Source: an uncultured Pseudomonadales bacterium
GTDB lineage: Bacteria; Pseudomonadota; Gammaproteobacteria; Pseudomonadales; Cellvibrionaceae
NCBI GenBank assembly: GCA_947489425.1
Contig: CANLDL010000005.1
Coordinates: 90,361 to 154,360 of the forward strand
Direction: 5' to 3'
Length of the DNA: 64,000 nt
Shown: positions 27,397 to 37,235 of the stretch, in pieces
Layout of the letters: the number at the start of each line of letters is the position of its first letter
How positions within the stretch are numbered: position 1 is the first letter of the stretch
The notes under the pieces: model-generated
What the model was told of the DNA's origin: nothing
The model's input: only the letters and a program-made list of their open reading frames with translations
The model's database searches: none
Position numbers and translations under genes: made by a program

Positions 27397-28401
27397 ATGA
27401 CTACTAAGATAGATATCGCGATTGTTGGTGCAACGGGCTCCATAGGTGAGGCGATTGTTGAGTTATTAGCTAAGCGATCATTTCCAGTTAATAATTTATA
27501 TTTATTGGCTAGTGAGCGAACGGCAGGCACAAGCCTGATGTTTGATGGTAAGCCAGTGATGGTGACCGAGCTTAAAAAATTCGACTTTAGCAAAGCACAG
27601 TTGGCTATTTTTGTCGCCAACGATGCCGTATCAAGTGAGGTGCTGCCACAAGCACAGGCTGCTGGCTGTTTAACTATTGATAATAGCCAAGTTTTTGCTG
27701 AATCTGCTCCCTTGGTTGTGCCGCAAGTGAATGGGCAGTTGCTACAAGCTCGCCCCGAAATAGTTGTTAACCCAGATAGCAATGTGATTCCACTCGCTAC
27801 CGTACTTAAGTTGCTCGATGATCGTATGGGGGTAGAACATGTTAATGTTACCGCTGTGCAGTCGGTTTCTGGTCACGGCAAAAAAGCGATTAGCGAGCTT
27901 GCGGCACAGACGGCAAGTTTGTTAAATGGGCGTGGGGCCGAGCGTAATATTTACCCACAACAAATCGCCTTTAATGTGTTGCCCTATGTTGGAGAGATCC
28001 GTGGAGATGGTCATACCGATGTTGAAAAGCGTTTGGTGACCCAAACACGTCGCGTAATGGGTAATGAAAATCTACAAATTAATGCATCTTGTATTCAGGT
28101 GCCGGTTTTTTATGCCGATAGCATGATGGTTAGTATTGATACACGTACTGCCGTTAGCCTCAACGATATCAAAGAAACTCTTGAGGATAATAGCGAAATA
28201 AAAGTATTGGATGATGATGGTGGTAAGCATTCGGCTACACCAGTAACACATGCCACAGGTAAAGAGAGTATCTTTGTTAGCCGCATTCGCCATGATATGA
28301 GTAGTGATAAGGGTATCAATCTGTGGATTACCGCAGATAATATACGCAAAAGTGCCGCATTCAATACATTATTGATTGCTGAGTCATTAATCCAAGCCTA
28401 G
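27397..28401 (+). CDS. Asd-family paralog (USG-1-like semialdehyde dehydrogenase family protein)
   Basis: MTTKIDIAIVGATGSIGEAIVELL (Rossmann motif). Asd-like length and position between asd and fimV/truA. Preferred start ATG 27397, not the TTG at 27379. Confidence 0.8.
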   Translation: MTTKIDIAIVGATGSIGEAIVELLAKRSFPVNNLYLLASERTAGTSLMFDGKPVMVTELKKFDFSKAQLAIFVANDAVSSEVLPQAQAAGCLTIDNSQVFAESAPLVVPQVNGQLLQARPEIVVNPDSNVIPLATVLKLLDDRMGVEHVNVTAVQSVSGHGKKAISELAAQTASLLNGRGAERNIYPQQIAFNVLPYVGEIRGDGHTDVEKRLVTQTRRVMGNENLQINASCIQVPVFYADSMMVSIDTRTAVSLNDIKETLEDNSEIKVLDDDGGKHSATPVTHATGKESIFVSRIRHDMSSDKGINLWITADNIRKSAAFNTLLIAESLIQA

Positions 28402-28898
28402 TAAGTACTGTTCTAGCATGTCGCGAGTGAGAAGTGTGAATTGCGTCTAGTTTTTCGTTGTTCGCACTTTTTTCCCCTTCGTTGTCTCTAATTTCTCTCT
28501 ACAATGTAATAGCTACTATTGCTGTTAAGAGCTATCAATTTTGTATCGTTGATTACTTTTTGTCAGTAGTTAACAGTGCTATTTTGATATTTAGGCAAAA
28601 AAAGCCGGTCAGGTATTGTTAGTTTCTTGGCTAAAATGTCAAAAAACTTGGCCAAAGAGTGGAATTTTAGTCGAAAAAGAGCTCGTTTTGGGGTAATTAT
28701 CAGGTCTCAGTAGTTGATAAAAATCTATTTATAATGAATACTTAGAGTAACTTGTGAAAGTTTATTCGAGGTTTATGCTAAATCTTGCGGATAATCCATA
28801 ATAAAAATAAGCATTCACGATGTTAATGTACTTTTAATTGGGTAAACATTTACCAGTCAACTGACCCAAAGCGATAAAAAGATAAACAGGGTAACCCT

Positions 28899-31800
28899 AT
28901 GCAGCTTCGCACTATAGCTTTAGTTTTTAGTATTGTTGGACTATTTTATTCTGGTTTTGTATCCGCCTTAGGGTTGGGTGAAATCACTCTAAAGTCTCAA
29001 TTTAATCAGCCGTTAAATGCTGAAATACGACTGCTTAAAGTACGTGACCTATCTAAAGAAGAAATTTTTGCAGCACTTGCTTCACGCGAAGATTTTAAAC
29101 GTGCTGGTGTTGACCGATTATTTTTACTATCCGGCCTCAAGTTTGAGGTAGTGTTGAGAAATCCCGCTAAGCCTTTTATTCGAGTAACCTCCAGTAAACC
29201 CATTGTTGAGCCATACCTCAATTTTTTAGTAGAAGTACAATGGCCAAGTGGACGCCTACTACGTGAGTACACATTACTGCTAGATTTACCAGTTTTTAAC
29301 GATAGCAGCTCAAATGTACCTGTTGCAGCACCTACACCAGCAGCTCCTCGCCCACAAGTTAGCGAGCCAAAGCCACAGGCAGTGCCTCCACCTTCTAAAC
29401 CCTCTTCAAGACCTGCACCTACTAGAACCCCAGATAATGTAGTGCGCCAAACTACCAGCCCTAGTGTAGATAGTTATAAAGTGAAGTCTGGAGATACTTT
29501 ATGGGAAATTGCAGAGTCAACGCTTGCGGACTCTCCTGCATCAATTAATCAACGAATGATTGCTATACAGCAAGCAAACCCTGATGCTTTTGCTAATGGC
29601 AATATAAATCGCCTACGCAATGGTCGTGTTTTGCGTATTCCTTCGGCACAAGAAGTTGCCGATGTGAGTAATCAGCAAGCGTCTAGTGCTGTGCGAGAAC
29701 AAAATAGAACGTGGTCCTCTGAAACAAAATCTGCCCAAAAAGCAGTTTTAACCTCTGCAGCCCCATCTGCTCAAGCAGGCTCATCTTCTAGTCAGCCTGA
29801 GGGCCGGCTAACACTAGGTTCTGCTGATTCTGGTCAATCGAGTAAAGGTAGTGGTGCCAGTGGGTCTGGTGAATCTTTACAAAATGAATTAGCAAGTACT
29901 AGTGATGAGCTAGCACGCGCGACACGTCAAAACGACGAGCTAAAATCACGTATTACCGAACTGGAAGCTCAAATAGAGACAATGGAAAACCTTGTTTCTG
30001 TGACTAATGACCAGCTTAAAGCGTTACAAGCAGCTTCTGAAAATGTAGATGGCGCGACGCCTGCTGATGAGTCTATCGTTGATGCTGGTGTTGCTAGTAC
30101 AGATACTCCAACGACAGATGGTGCTACTTCAGAAGATAAGCTGACTGAAGATCCTAATGTAGAAGCAGCTAACAACCCCGTAGTGGATGAGGCTGTAGCT
30201 GATGTAGAAGCTGAAGCAGAAACGGTTATTGAGGAGCCAGCTGTTGAGCCTAATCCTTTTAAAACTCCTGAACCTGCAACACCTACTATAACCGCACCAG
30301 CCGAACCTTCTTTAGTAGAAACTGTTATTGGTTTCTTAAAAGAGAATATGTTGATTGTTGGTGGCGCTGTATTAGGTTTATTGGCTTTATTACTTGTTTT
30401 GTTAAGGCTAAGAAATAAACCGGAAGAGGATGATCTTGAGGATTTTAGCCTAGATGATGAAGGTGATGATTTATTTGCTCTAGATGACGAAGATTCAGGT
30501 ACTTTAGATGAATTAGATGATGATATCGAAGAGCAAGATGATCTCGCTATAGATGAAGATCTTGATGATACTGTTCAGGCACAGACAGAAGATGTCGTGG
30601 CTGAAGCGGATATTTATGTGAGTCTGGGACAAGAAGATAAAGCGATCGAGTTGTTACAAAAGGAAATACAACAGAACCCTGATAATGCTGACGCTCGTCT
30701 TGGTTTGCTAAAGATTTATGCAAAGTCACAAAATTCGGCAGGTTTTGATGAGCAATATGCTCAGTTGTTGCCCCTAGGTAATGTCTATGCCAATGATCAA
30801 GCTATGGCGTTGCGTAAAGAGATAGACAATGCTGAGCCTTTTGATACCGATCAGTACTCACTTGAAAATGATGAGTTAGATGGCTCGAATGATTTGGACT
30901 TTTTACAAGAAGCCGAGGAGAGCGATTTAGATCTTGATATAGATTTAGATGATTCAGAAGAGCTTGAAGATGATGGTAGCATTGCATTTACTGACACAGA
31001 TTCTGATCTCAATTTAGATGATATTTCGCTAGATTTAGGTGATCTTGGCGATGAAGTTTTAGATCTTGATGAAGATGACTCACCGTCAGATTCTGTAGAT
31101 ACCGACTTTGCTCTTGACCTTGATGATTTAGGGGACAGTGACTCCGGCGAAAAAGAGGAGACTTTAGCAGCTTCAGCAGAGGCTGATAGTGGGGATGATC
31201 TAGAAGATATTGAGTTCTCTCTTGACTTGGATGAAGAAAGTTCAGCTGATGATTTATCGTTAGACCTTGATAGCGAGCTAGATGATCTATCAGTTGAAAG
31301 TCCTGCTGAGCAGGGTGTCGATGAAGGGTTGGAAGAGATCGAATTTGATTTGGATCTCGATATGGATGATGAGCTGAGCGAATCTGTTGATGATCTCGAA
31401 GATAGCTTACCGCTAGATGATGAAGAGTTAGTTGCCTCTAGTGCAGAAGGTCTAGATGATATCAGTGTAGAGGATGGTTTAGAAAACGACTTTAGTGTCG
31501 AGATAGACGGTGATTTAGATGACATTGATCTTGACGTGCCAGCTGATGAAGAATTAAATTTATCAATGTCTCTTGACGATGAAGCATCTGGCGAATCATT
31601 GGATATGGATTTAGATGCAGATCTAGAGCTTGATGACGTTAGTGGTGATATTGAGAAAGTTGACGATGATATTTTAGATTTAGATTCATCACTTGATGAT
31701 GATTTAGATATGGTCTTAGATGCTGACTTGTCTATTGACGATAGTGAGGCTGAAGAAGCCGATGACGGTTTAGATTTAGATAGTCCACCACCGATGGATA

Positions 31801-32225
31801 TCGATATGGCTAGCCTCGATCAAGAGATCGATGCAATGACTGCAGATATGAGTGAGCTATCTACAGACACTAGCGATGAGGAAGCTGATGTAGAAGACAA
31901 TGTAGATTTCGAAGCGGAAGAATTTGAACCTACTGAATCACTTGATACCCTTGATCTAGATGATGAACCCGAGCCCAAAGTTGAGGAACCTACAGAAGCT
32001 TCTGGTTTAGATATCAACGATGCTAGTGAAGATACAACAATCTCTCAAGATGATGATCTAGATTTCTTGGAAGAGTCCGATGAAGTATCCACTAAACTAG
32101 ATTTGGCGAAAGCTTATATGGATATGGGTGATCGTGAAGGTGCCGAAGATATCTTAAACGAAGTTATGGAAGAAGGTAGCGAGCAGCAAAAATCTGATGC
32201 AAAAGCATTAATGGAACAGCTTTAA
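28899..32225 (+). CDS. fimV: FimV/HubP-family peptidoglycan-binding pilus-assembly/polar-organiser protein
   Basis: Signal peptide, conserved N-terminus LGLGEITLKSQFNQPLNAEIRL, LysM (YKVKSGDTLWEIAE), one transmembrane helix (LIVGGAVLGLLALLLVLL). Then a huge acidic D/E/L-rich region and the FimV C-terminal motif LDLAKAYMDMGDREGAEDILNEV. Confidence 0.92.
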   Translation: MQLRTIALVFSIVGLFYSGFVSALGLGEITLKSQFNQPLNAEIRLLKVRDLSKEEIFAALASREDFKRAGVDRLFLLSGLKFEVVLRNPAKPFIRVTSSKPIVEPYLNFLVEVQWPSGRLLREYTLLLDLPVFNDSSSNVPVAAPTPAAPRPQVSEPKPQAVPPPSKPSSRPAPTRTPDNVVRQTTSPSVDSYKVKSGDTLWEIAESTLADSPASINQRMIAIQQANPDAFANGNINRLRNGRVLRIPSAQEVADVSNQQASSAVREQNRTWSSETKSAQKAVLTSAAPSAQAGSSSSQPEGRLTLGSADSGQSSKGSGASGSGESLQNELASTSDELARATRQNDELKSRITELEAQIETMENLVSVTNDQLKALQAASENVDGATPADESIVDAGVASTDTPTTDGATSEDKLTEDPNVEAANNPVVDEAVADVEAEAETVIEEPAVEPNPFKTPEPATPTITAPAEPSLVETVIGFLKENMLIVGGAVLGLLALLLVLLRLRNKPEEDDLEDFSLDDEGDDLFALDDEDSGTLDELDDDIEEQDDLAIDEDLDDTVQAQTEDVVAEADIYVSLGQEDKAIELLQKEIQQNPDNADARLGLLKIYAKSQNSAGFDEQYAQLLPLGNVYANDQAMALRKEIDNAEPFDTDQYSLENDELDGSNDLDFLQEAEESDLDLDIDLDDSEELEDDGSIAFTDTDSDLNLDDISLDLGDLGDEVLDLDEDDSPSDSVDTDFALDLDDLGDSDSGEKEETLAASAEADSGDDLEDIEFSLDLDEESSADDLSLDLDSELDDLSVESPAEQGVDEGLEEIEFDLDLDMDDELSESVDDLEDSLPLDDEELVASSAEGLDDISVEDGLENDFSVEIDGDLDDIDLDVPADEELNLSMSLDDEASGESLDMDLDADLELDDVSGDIEKVDDDILDLDSSLDDDLDMVLDADLSIDDSEAEEADDGLDLDSPPPMDIDMASLDQEIDAMTADMSELSTDTSDEEADVEDNVDFEAEEFEPTESLDTLDLDDEPEPKVEEPTEASGLDINDASEDTTISQDDDLDFLEESDEVSTKLDLAKAYMDMGDREGAEDILNEVMEEGSEQQKSDAKALMEQL

Positions 32226-32255
32226 GTTATTTTAAATCAGTATATGATTGATTGA

Positions 32256-32285
32256 AAAACGACCGCTTAGCGGTCGTTTTTATTT
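32256..32285 (+). terminator. Rho-independent terminator after fimV
   Basis: AAAACGACCGC / GCGGTCGTTTT stem around a short loop, followed by a T-run. Confidence 0.85.
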
Positions 32286-32316
32286 GTTAACAGTGAAAGA
32301 GATTTTTATAAAGCCG

Positions 32317-33204
32317 ATGACAGAAAGTTATCAACGCCACTTTTCTTATAAGCGCAATTGTGAAATCCGTGATACCAGTTTATTCCCTGAAGGGATGACC
32401 AGAATAGCGCTTGGTGTTGAATATAAAGGCAATTTTTTCCACGGCTTTCAGTCGCAAAGCTCGGGAGTGCAAACCGTACAGCAAACCCTAGAGTCTTCCC
32501 TAAGTTCTATTTGTAACGAGCCCATTACGCTGGTGTGTGCGGGTAGGACAGATATGGGGGTGCACGCGACAAATCAAGTTGTGCACTTCGATACGATCGC
32601 CAAGCGCCCAGAAAAAGCATGGCTGCGTGGTGCTAATACTAAACTCAACGAGGGCGTGAGTATCCGTTGGGCACAGTCAGTGAGTCCATTATTCCATGCA
32701 CGTTTTAGTGCGCGTTCTCGTACCTATCGATATGTTATTTACAATACTAAAACACCCTCTGCATTAATGGACAAACTGGTTACTTGGGACCGTAGGTGTT
32801 TTGATATTAATGCTATGGTTGACGGCAGCCGCTATCTTCTAGGAGAGCATAATTTTAATGCCTTTAGAGGGGTGGATTGTCAGGCCAAAACGCCCTTTAG
32901 GCGAATTGATGCCATCACTATCAATAAGCGTAGCGACTTTATTATCATAGAAGTGACTGCAACGGCTTTTTTATACCATATGGTGAGGAATATCGTTGGC
33001 GTATTAACTGCTGTTGCTGCAGGCGAAAAACCACCTTCTTGGGTGGGGGAGGTTCTCGCTAGTGAAGATAGGCGTTGTGCGGGTGTAACGGCTCCTGCGG
33101 CGGGCCTTTACCTAGTCAATGTTCAGTACGATGCGGGTCTCAATTTACCGCTCACTGCTAAAGGCCCACCTATTATTGCGGGCCTATTCAATGAGGCTGT
33201 CTAA
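32317..33204 (+). CDS. truA: tRNA pseudouridine(38-40) synthase
   Basis: RIALGVEYKGNFFHGFQSQ..., catalytic GRTDMGVHA, YHMVRNIVG. The ORF-track start 32248 spans the fimV terminator, so ATG 32317 or ATG 32395 is more plausible. Confidence 0.9.
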   Translation: MTESYQRHFSYKRNCEIRDTSLFPEGMTRIALGVEYKGNFFHGFQSQSSGVQTVQQTLESSLSSICNEPITLVCAGRTDMGVHATNQVVHFDTIAKRPEKAWLRGANTKLNEGVSIRWAQSVSPLFHARFSARSRTYRYVIYNTKTPSALMDKLVTWDRRCFDINAMVDGSRYLLGEHNFNAFRGVDCQAKTPFRRIDAITINKRSDFIIIEVTATAFLYHMVRNIVGVLTAVAAGEKPPSWVGEVLASEDRRCAGVTAPAAGLYLVNVQYDAGLNLPLTAKGPPIIAGLFNEAV

Positions 33205-33318
33205 TCTGGTCGCTGAAAACTCTAAATTCTGTTAGAATCGCCTTTTTAATCTTCCTCTTCTGTGTTGGCTGGGCGCGTATGTAAAATGTGCTCGGTGCAG
33301 GCAAACTCTTTGAGCGAA

Positions 33319-33969
33319 ATGACGGTCTCTAACGTACAAACAGCAGTGAAAACAACAGCGCGAATTAAAATTTGTGGTATTACCTCAGTAGAGGATGCAC
33401 TTGTTGTTGCCGATGCCGGTGCCGATGCCATTGGCCTTGTGTTTTATGAGCCTAGCCCACGCTATGTAGGTATCGAGAAAGCCGCGAAGATTGCAAAAGC
33501 AGTAGGGCCGTTTGTTACCACTGTTGCTTTATTTGTTAATGCGGATAAAAAAATAATCGATAGTGTATTAGAGCAGGTTCCAATACAGCTTTTACAGTTT
33601 CATGGTGATGAGAGTGTAGAATTTTGTGAACAGTTCGAGCGCCCCTACATAAAAGCCTTGCGTATGAGAGAAGGTATCGATATTAATCAACTGATTGATA
33701 ATTATAGTAGTGCATCGGGTATTTTACTTGATGCCTATAGGCCGGGAGTACCAGGCGGTACGGGTGAAACCTTTGATTGGCAGCGTATCCCTGAAAATAA
33801 AACAATGCCAATAGTCTTGGCCGGTGGACTAACACCTAAAAACATCCAAAGCGCTGTTAGCCAAACACATGTCTACGGTATCGATGTCAGCGGCGGTGTT
33901 GAACGTGCCCCAGGTATTAAAGACGAGATAAAAGTTCGAGAATTTATCCAGCATGCTAACGCTGGGTAG
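33319..33969 (+). CDS. trpF: N-(5-phosphoribosyl)anthranilate isomerase
   Basis: RIKICGITSVEDALVVADAGADAIGLVF..., LLQFHGDES, LAGGLTPKN. Start uncertain: ATG 33319 is preferred over the longer 33262 ORF. Confidence 0.9.
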   Translation: MTVSNVQTAVKTTARIKICGITSVEDALVVADAGADAIGLVFYEPSPRYVGIEKAAKIAKAVGPFVTTVALFVNADKKIIDSVLEQVPIQLLQFHGDESVEFCEQFERPYIKALRMREGIDINQLIDNYSSASGILLDAYRPGVPGGTGETFDWQRIPENKTMPIVLAGGLTPKNIQSAVSQTHVYGIDVSGGVERAPGIKDEIKVREFIQHANAG

Positions 33970-34070
33970 CGCTTTGATATCGATTAAAGCGAAAAAGTTG
34001 TTGTTAGCCATTCTATTAGCCAATGCTAAATGAGAATGTTATTTAGAATTAACAGTAATGGAGCAAGTTT

Positions 34071-35297
34071 GTGAATGATTTAACGTCAGCAGAAAATATA
34101 GATTACTCCTGCTTTCCTGACGAGCACGGCCACTTTGGTATTTATGGTGGGCGTTTCGTTTCTGAAACTTTGATTTCGGCACTAGATGAGTTAGCACTTA
34201 TCTATAAAAAGCTAAAAGATGATCCTAGTTTCCAGGCAGAGTTTGATAAAGATATGGCGCACTATGTTGGTCGCCCATCCCCGCTATATCATGCTGAACG
34301 TTGGAGCCAAGAAATTGGTGGAGCACAGATTTACTTTAAGCGAGAAGATCTCAATCATACCGGTGCTCACAAGGTAAATAACACTATAGGGCAGGCATTG
34401 CTCGCTAAATATTCTGGTAAAAAGCGTGTTATTGCAGAGACAGGCGCTGGACAACATGGTGTTGCTAGCGCGACTGTGGCCACGCGTTTAGGGCTTGAGT
34501 GTGAAGTGTTTATGGGTGAGGAAGATGTTCGCCGACAATCGCTTAATGTGTACCGTATGAAGTTGCTAGGCGCTAAAGTTACCGCAGTGACGTCTGGTAC
34601 CCGTACACTAAAAGATGCCATGAACGAGGCGATGCGCGATTGGGTGACCAATGTTGATGATACTTTCTACATTATAGGTACAGTTGCAGGTCCTCACCCG
34701 TACCCAGAGTTAGTAAGAGACTTCCAGTCGATTATTGGCCGTGAAGCACGCCAGCAAAGCCTGAACCAAACGGGTAAACTACCCGATGTCTTAGTCGCCT
34801 GTGTTGGTGGTGGCTCCAATGCTATCGGTTTATTTCACCCATTTTTAAATGATGAAAGTGTACGTATGGTTGGTGTTGAAGCCGGTGGTGATGGCGTTGA
34901 AACTGGCCGTCATGCTGCACCTCTAAATGATGGGGTTCCAGGTGTATTACACGGTGGTAGAACCTACTTAATGGAAGACGAAAACGGACAAATCATCGAC
35001 ACTCATTCGGTATCGGCAGGTCTCGACTACCCAGGTGTCGGGCCAGAGCATTCATGGTTAAAAGATTTAGGACGAGTGGATTATGTCGCCGTTACTGACC
35101 AAGAGGCACTAGATGCATTTCGTGAGGTAACATTAGTCGAAGGTATCATGCCCGCATTAGAAACAAGCCATGCATTGGCTTATGCGAAAAAGTTAGCCAA
35201 AGATATGCCTAAAGATCAGACCATTGTGGTGAATTTATCGGGTCGTGGAGACAAGGATATTCTTACAATGGCAGACTTAGACAACATTACATTGTAA
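34071..35297 (+). CDS. trpB: Tryptophan synthase beta chain
   Basis: [15 protein letters not shown]..., PLP-lysine context [19 protein letters not shown]. Confidence 0.97.
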   Translation: MNDLTSAENIDYSCFPDEHGHFGIYGGRFVSETLISALDELALIYKKLKDDPSFQAEFDKDMAHYVGRPSPLYHAERWSQEIGGAQIYFKREDLNHTGAHKVNNTIGQALLAKYSGKKRVIAETGAGQHGVASATVATRLGLECEVFMGEEDVRRQSLNVYRMKLLGAKVTAVTSGTRTLKDAMNEAMRDWVTNVDDTFYIIGTVAGPHPYPELVRDFQSIIGREARQQSLNQTGKLPDVLVACVGGGSNAIGLFHPFLNDESVRMVGVEAGGDGVETGRHAAPLNDGVPGVLHGGRTYLMEDENGQIIDTHSVSAGLDYPGVGPEHSWLKDLGRVDYVAVTDQEALDAFREVTLVEGIMPALETSHALAYAKKLAKDMPKDQTIVVNLSGRGDKDILTMADLDNITL

Positions 35298-35317
35298 AAT
35301 ACTGGTGCCACATTAAT

Positions 35318-35360
35318 AAAAGGTTGTTGCAAGTACCATTGCAACAACCTTTTTGTTTTT
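35318..35360 (+). terminator. Strong terminator-like hairpin between trpB and trpA
   Basis: AAAGGTTGTTGCA (35319..35331) pairs with TGCAACAACCTTT (35340..35352) around an 8-nt loop, followed by TTTTGTTTTT. Confidence 0.6.
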
Positions 35361-35389
35361 ATTAAAGAATTAAAGGTTTCTCTATCGCT

Positions 35390-36196
35390 ATGAATCGAAT
35401 CACTGAACGCATGACTGCGTTAAAAGCCTCTTCTCGTAAAGCATTTGTAGCCTATCTAGTGAGTGGTGATCCAAAGCCTTCTGTAACCCTTAACGCTATG
35501 CATGAGCTCGTGCGTCAGGGTGTCGATATTATTGAATTGGGTATTCCCTTTTCAGATCCAATGGCCGAGGGCGAAGTTATTCAAATGGGGCATGAGCGAG
35601 CCTTATCGCATAATGTTAGCTTAACAAGCTCTATGGCGCTGGTTAAAAAGTTTCGTGAGCAAGATACAAAGACACCCGTTATTCTTATGGGGTATGCAAA
35701 CCCTATTGAGCGTAAAGGTTATGAAACGTTTGCAAATGAAGCTTGTGATGCGGGTGTTGATGGCGTATTGACCGTTGATTTGCCACCGGAAGAAGCTAAA
35801 GACTTAAATGAAGAATTGCAACGAGTTGGTCTTCATAATATCTTTTTGTTAGCGCCGACAACGACTCCTGCTCGTATTCACGAAATCGTTTCTATGGCGA
35901 GTGGATTTGTTTATTATGTTTCTCTTAAGGGAGTGACAGGAGCAGGACATTTAGATCTCGATTCGGTCAAACAAAAACTAACCGAAATTCGTAAGATGAC
36001 TGACCTGCCTTTATGTGTTGGTTTTGGCATAAAAGACGGTGCATCGGCAAAAGCGGTGTCAGAACATGGCGACGGTGCTGTTGTTGGTAGTGTATTTGTT
36101 GATAAAATGGGTACACTTGCTGATAAGAGCGACGACGAAATTATTAAAGCTGTTGGCGAAATTGCTGCGAATATTCGCTCTGGCCTCGATAACTGA
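35390..36196 (+). CDS. trpA: Tryptophan synthase alpha chain
   Basis: 268 aa. IELGIPFSDPMAEGEVIQ, YANPI, FVYYVSLKGVTG, GFGI. Confidence 0.96.
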   Translation: MNRITERMTALKASSRKAFVAYLVSGDPKPSVTLNAMHELVRQGVDIIELGIPFSDPMAEGEVIQMGHERALSHNVSLTSSMALVKKFREQDTKTPVILMGYANPIERKGYETFANEACDAGVDGVLTVDLPPEEAKDLNEELQRVGLHNIFLLAPTTTPARIHEIVSMASGFVYYVSLKGVTGAGHLDLDSVKQKLTEIRKMTDLPLCVGFGIKDGASAKAVSEHGDGAVVGSVFVDKMGTLADKSDDEIIKAVGEIAANIRSGLDN

Positions 36197-36281
36197 TTAC
36201 ATATAGGTGAAAGCTATTTTATAATGTCAAAATAGTGCATTTACAGCAAACTACATTCATACATTTCATAAAGAGAAAACT

Positions 36282-37235
36282 ATGAGCTGGCTAGATAAAA
36301 TTGTCCCTAGTAAAGCAAAATCACAATTGGCAAGTAGCTCGAAAGTCCCAGAGGGGCTTTGGAAAAAGTGCGTTAAGTGTAGCTCAGTGCTTTATCGACC
36401 AGAGCTTGAAAAGAATTTGGACGTTTGCCCCAAATGTGATCATCACTTTCGTATTGGTGCTCGCCGTCGCTTAGATATCTTTTTGGATGAAGATAATAGA
36501 GAAGAGTTGGCAACTGATGTTGAGCCAATTGATCGTCTTAATTTTAAGGATGTTAAAAAATATAAAGACCGTCTGAATGATGCCCAGAAAAAAACGGGTG
36601 AAAAAGATGCCCTAGTTGCGATGCGAGGAGAGCTTAATGGTATGCCTGTTGTTGTCGCTGCTTTTGAGTTTTCGTTTCATGGTGGTTCAATGGGGTATGT
36701 GGTTGGCGAAAAGTTTACCCGCGCAGCGCAGGTCGCTCTAGAAGAAAATATTCCTTTTATATGTTTTGCCGCAACCGGTGGTGCGCGTATGCAAGAGGCG
36801 TTGATCTCGCTTATGCAAATGGCCAAAACCAGCGCCGTTATTGAGCGCCTAAAACAACAGGGTACGCCTTATATCTCGTTTATGACAGATCCTGTTTATG
36901 GTGGTGTTTCTGCTAGTCTGGCACTACTGGGAGATATTAATACTGCAGAGCCCGGTGTGCGTGCAGGTTTTGCAGGCCCTAACATTATTGAGCAAACTAT
37001 CCGACAAAAATTGCCTAAAGGCTTTCAGTTAAGTGAATTCTTATTAGAGCATGGTGCTATTGATATGATTATTCACCGCAAGGAGCTGCGTGAAAAAATG
37101 AGCTCCTTGTTAACAAAATTTACCTACTATTCAAACCCTCAAGTTGTCGCCGAGCCCGATGAAATTATCCTTGCTGAAGAAGTGAATGATCAGGAAGTTG
37201 ATAAGGATATTGATCAGAAAAACCCTGCTGCATAA
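36282..37235 (+). CDS. accD: Acetyl-CoA carboxylase carboxyltransferase beta subunit
   Basis: MSWLDKI..., zinc ribbon CVKCSSVLY...CPKCDHH, GGSMG and GGARMQE motifs. Confidence 0.96.
   Translation: MSWLDKIVPSKAKSQLASSSKVPEGLWKKCVKCSSVLYRPELEKNLDVCPKCDHHFRIGARRRLDIFLDEDNREELATDVEPIDRLNFKDVKKYKDRLNDAQKKTGEKDALVAMRGELNGMPVVVAAFEFSFHGGSMGYVVGEKFTRAAQVALEENIPFICFAATGGARMQEALISLMQMAKTSAVIERLKQQGTPYISFMTDPVYGGVSASLALLGDINTAEPGVRAGFAGPNIIEQTIRQKLPKGFQLSEFLLEHGAIDMIIHRKELREKMSSLLTKFTYYSNPQVVAEPDEIILAEEVNDQEVDKDIDQKNPAA

Noticed and set aside
30851-31525. 224-aa Ser-rich ORF antisense to fimV, plus smaller ones at 29969..30175, 30547..30987 and 31820..32017
   Set aside because: It is an artefact of GAT/GAA/GAG-rich codons, whose reverse complements (ATC/TTC/CTC) leave the shifted antisense reading frame rich in Ser codons and free of stops. 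The sense-strand FimV reading has clear domain signatures.
32248-32316. N-terminal extension of the truA ORF (MIEKRPLSGRFYLLTVKEIFIKP...)
   Set aside because: This stretch is the fimV rho-independent terminator (AAAACGACCGC..GCGGTCGTTTT) read as codons. The conserved TruA sequence begins later, so an internal ATG is used.
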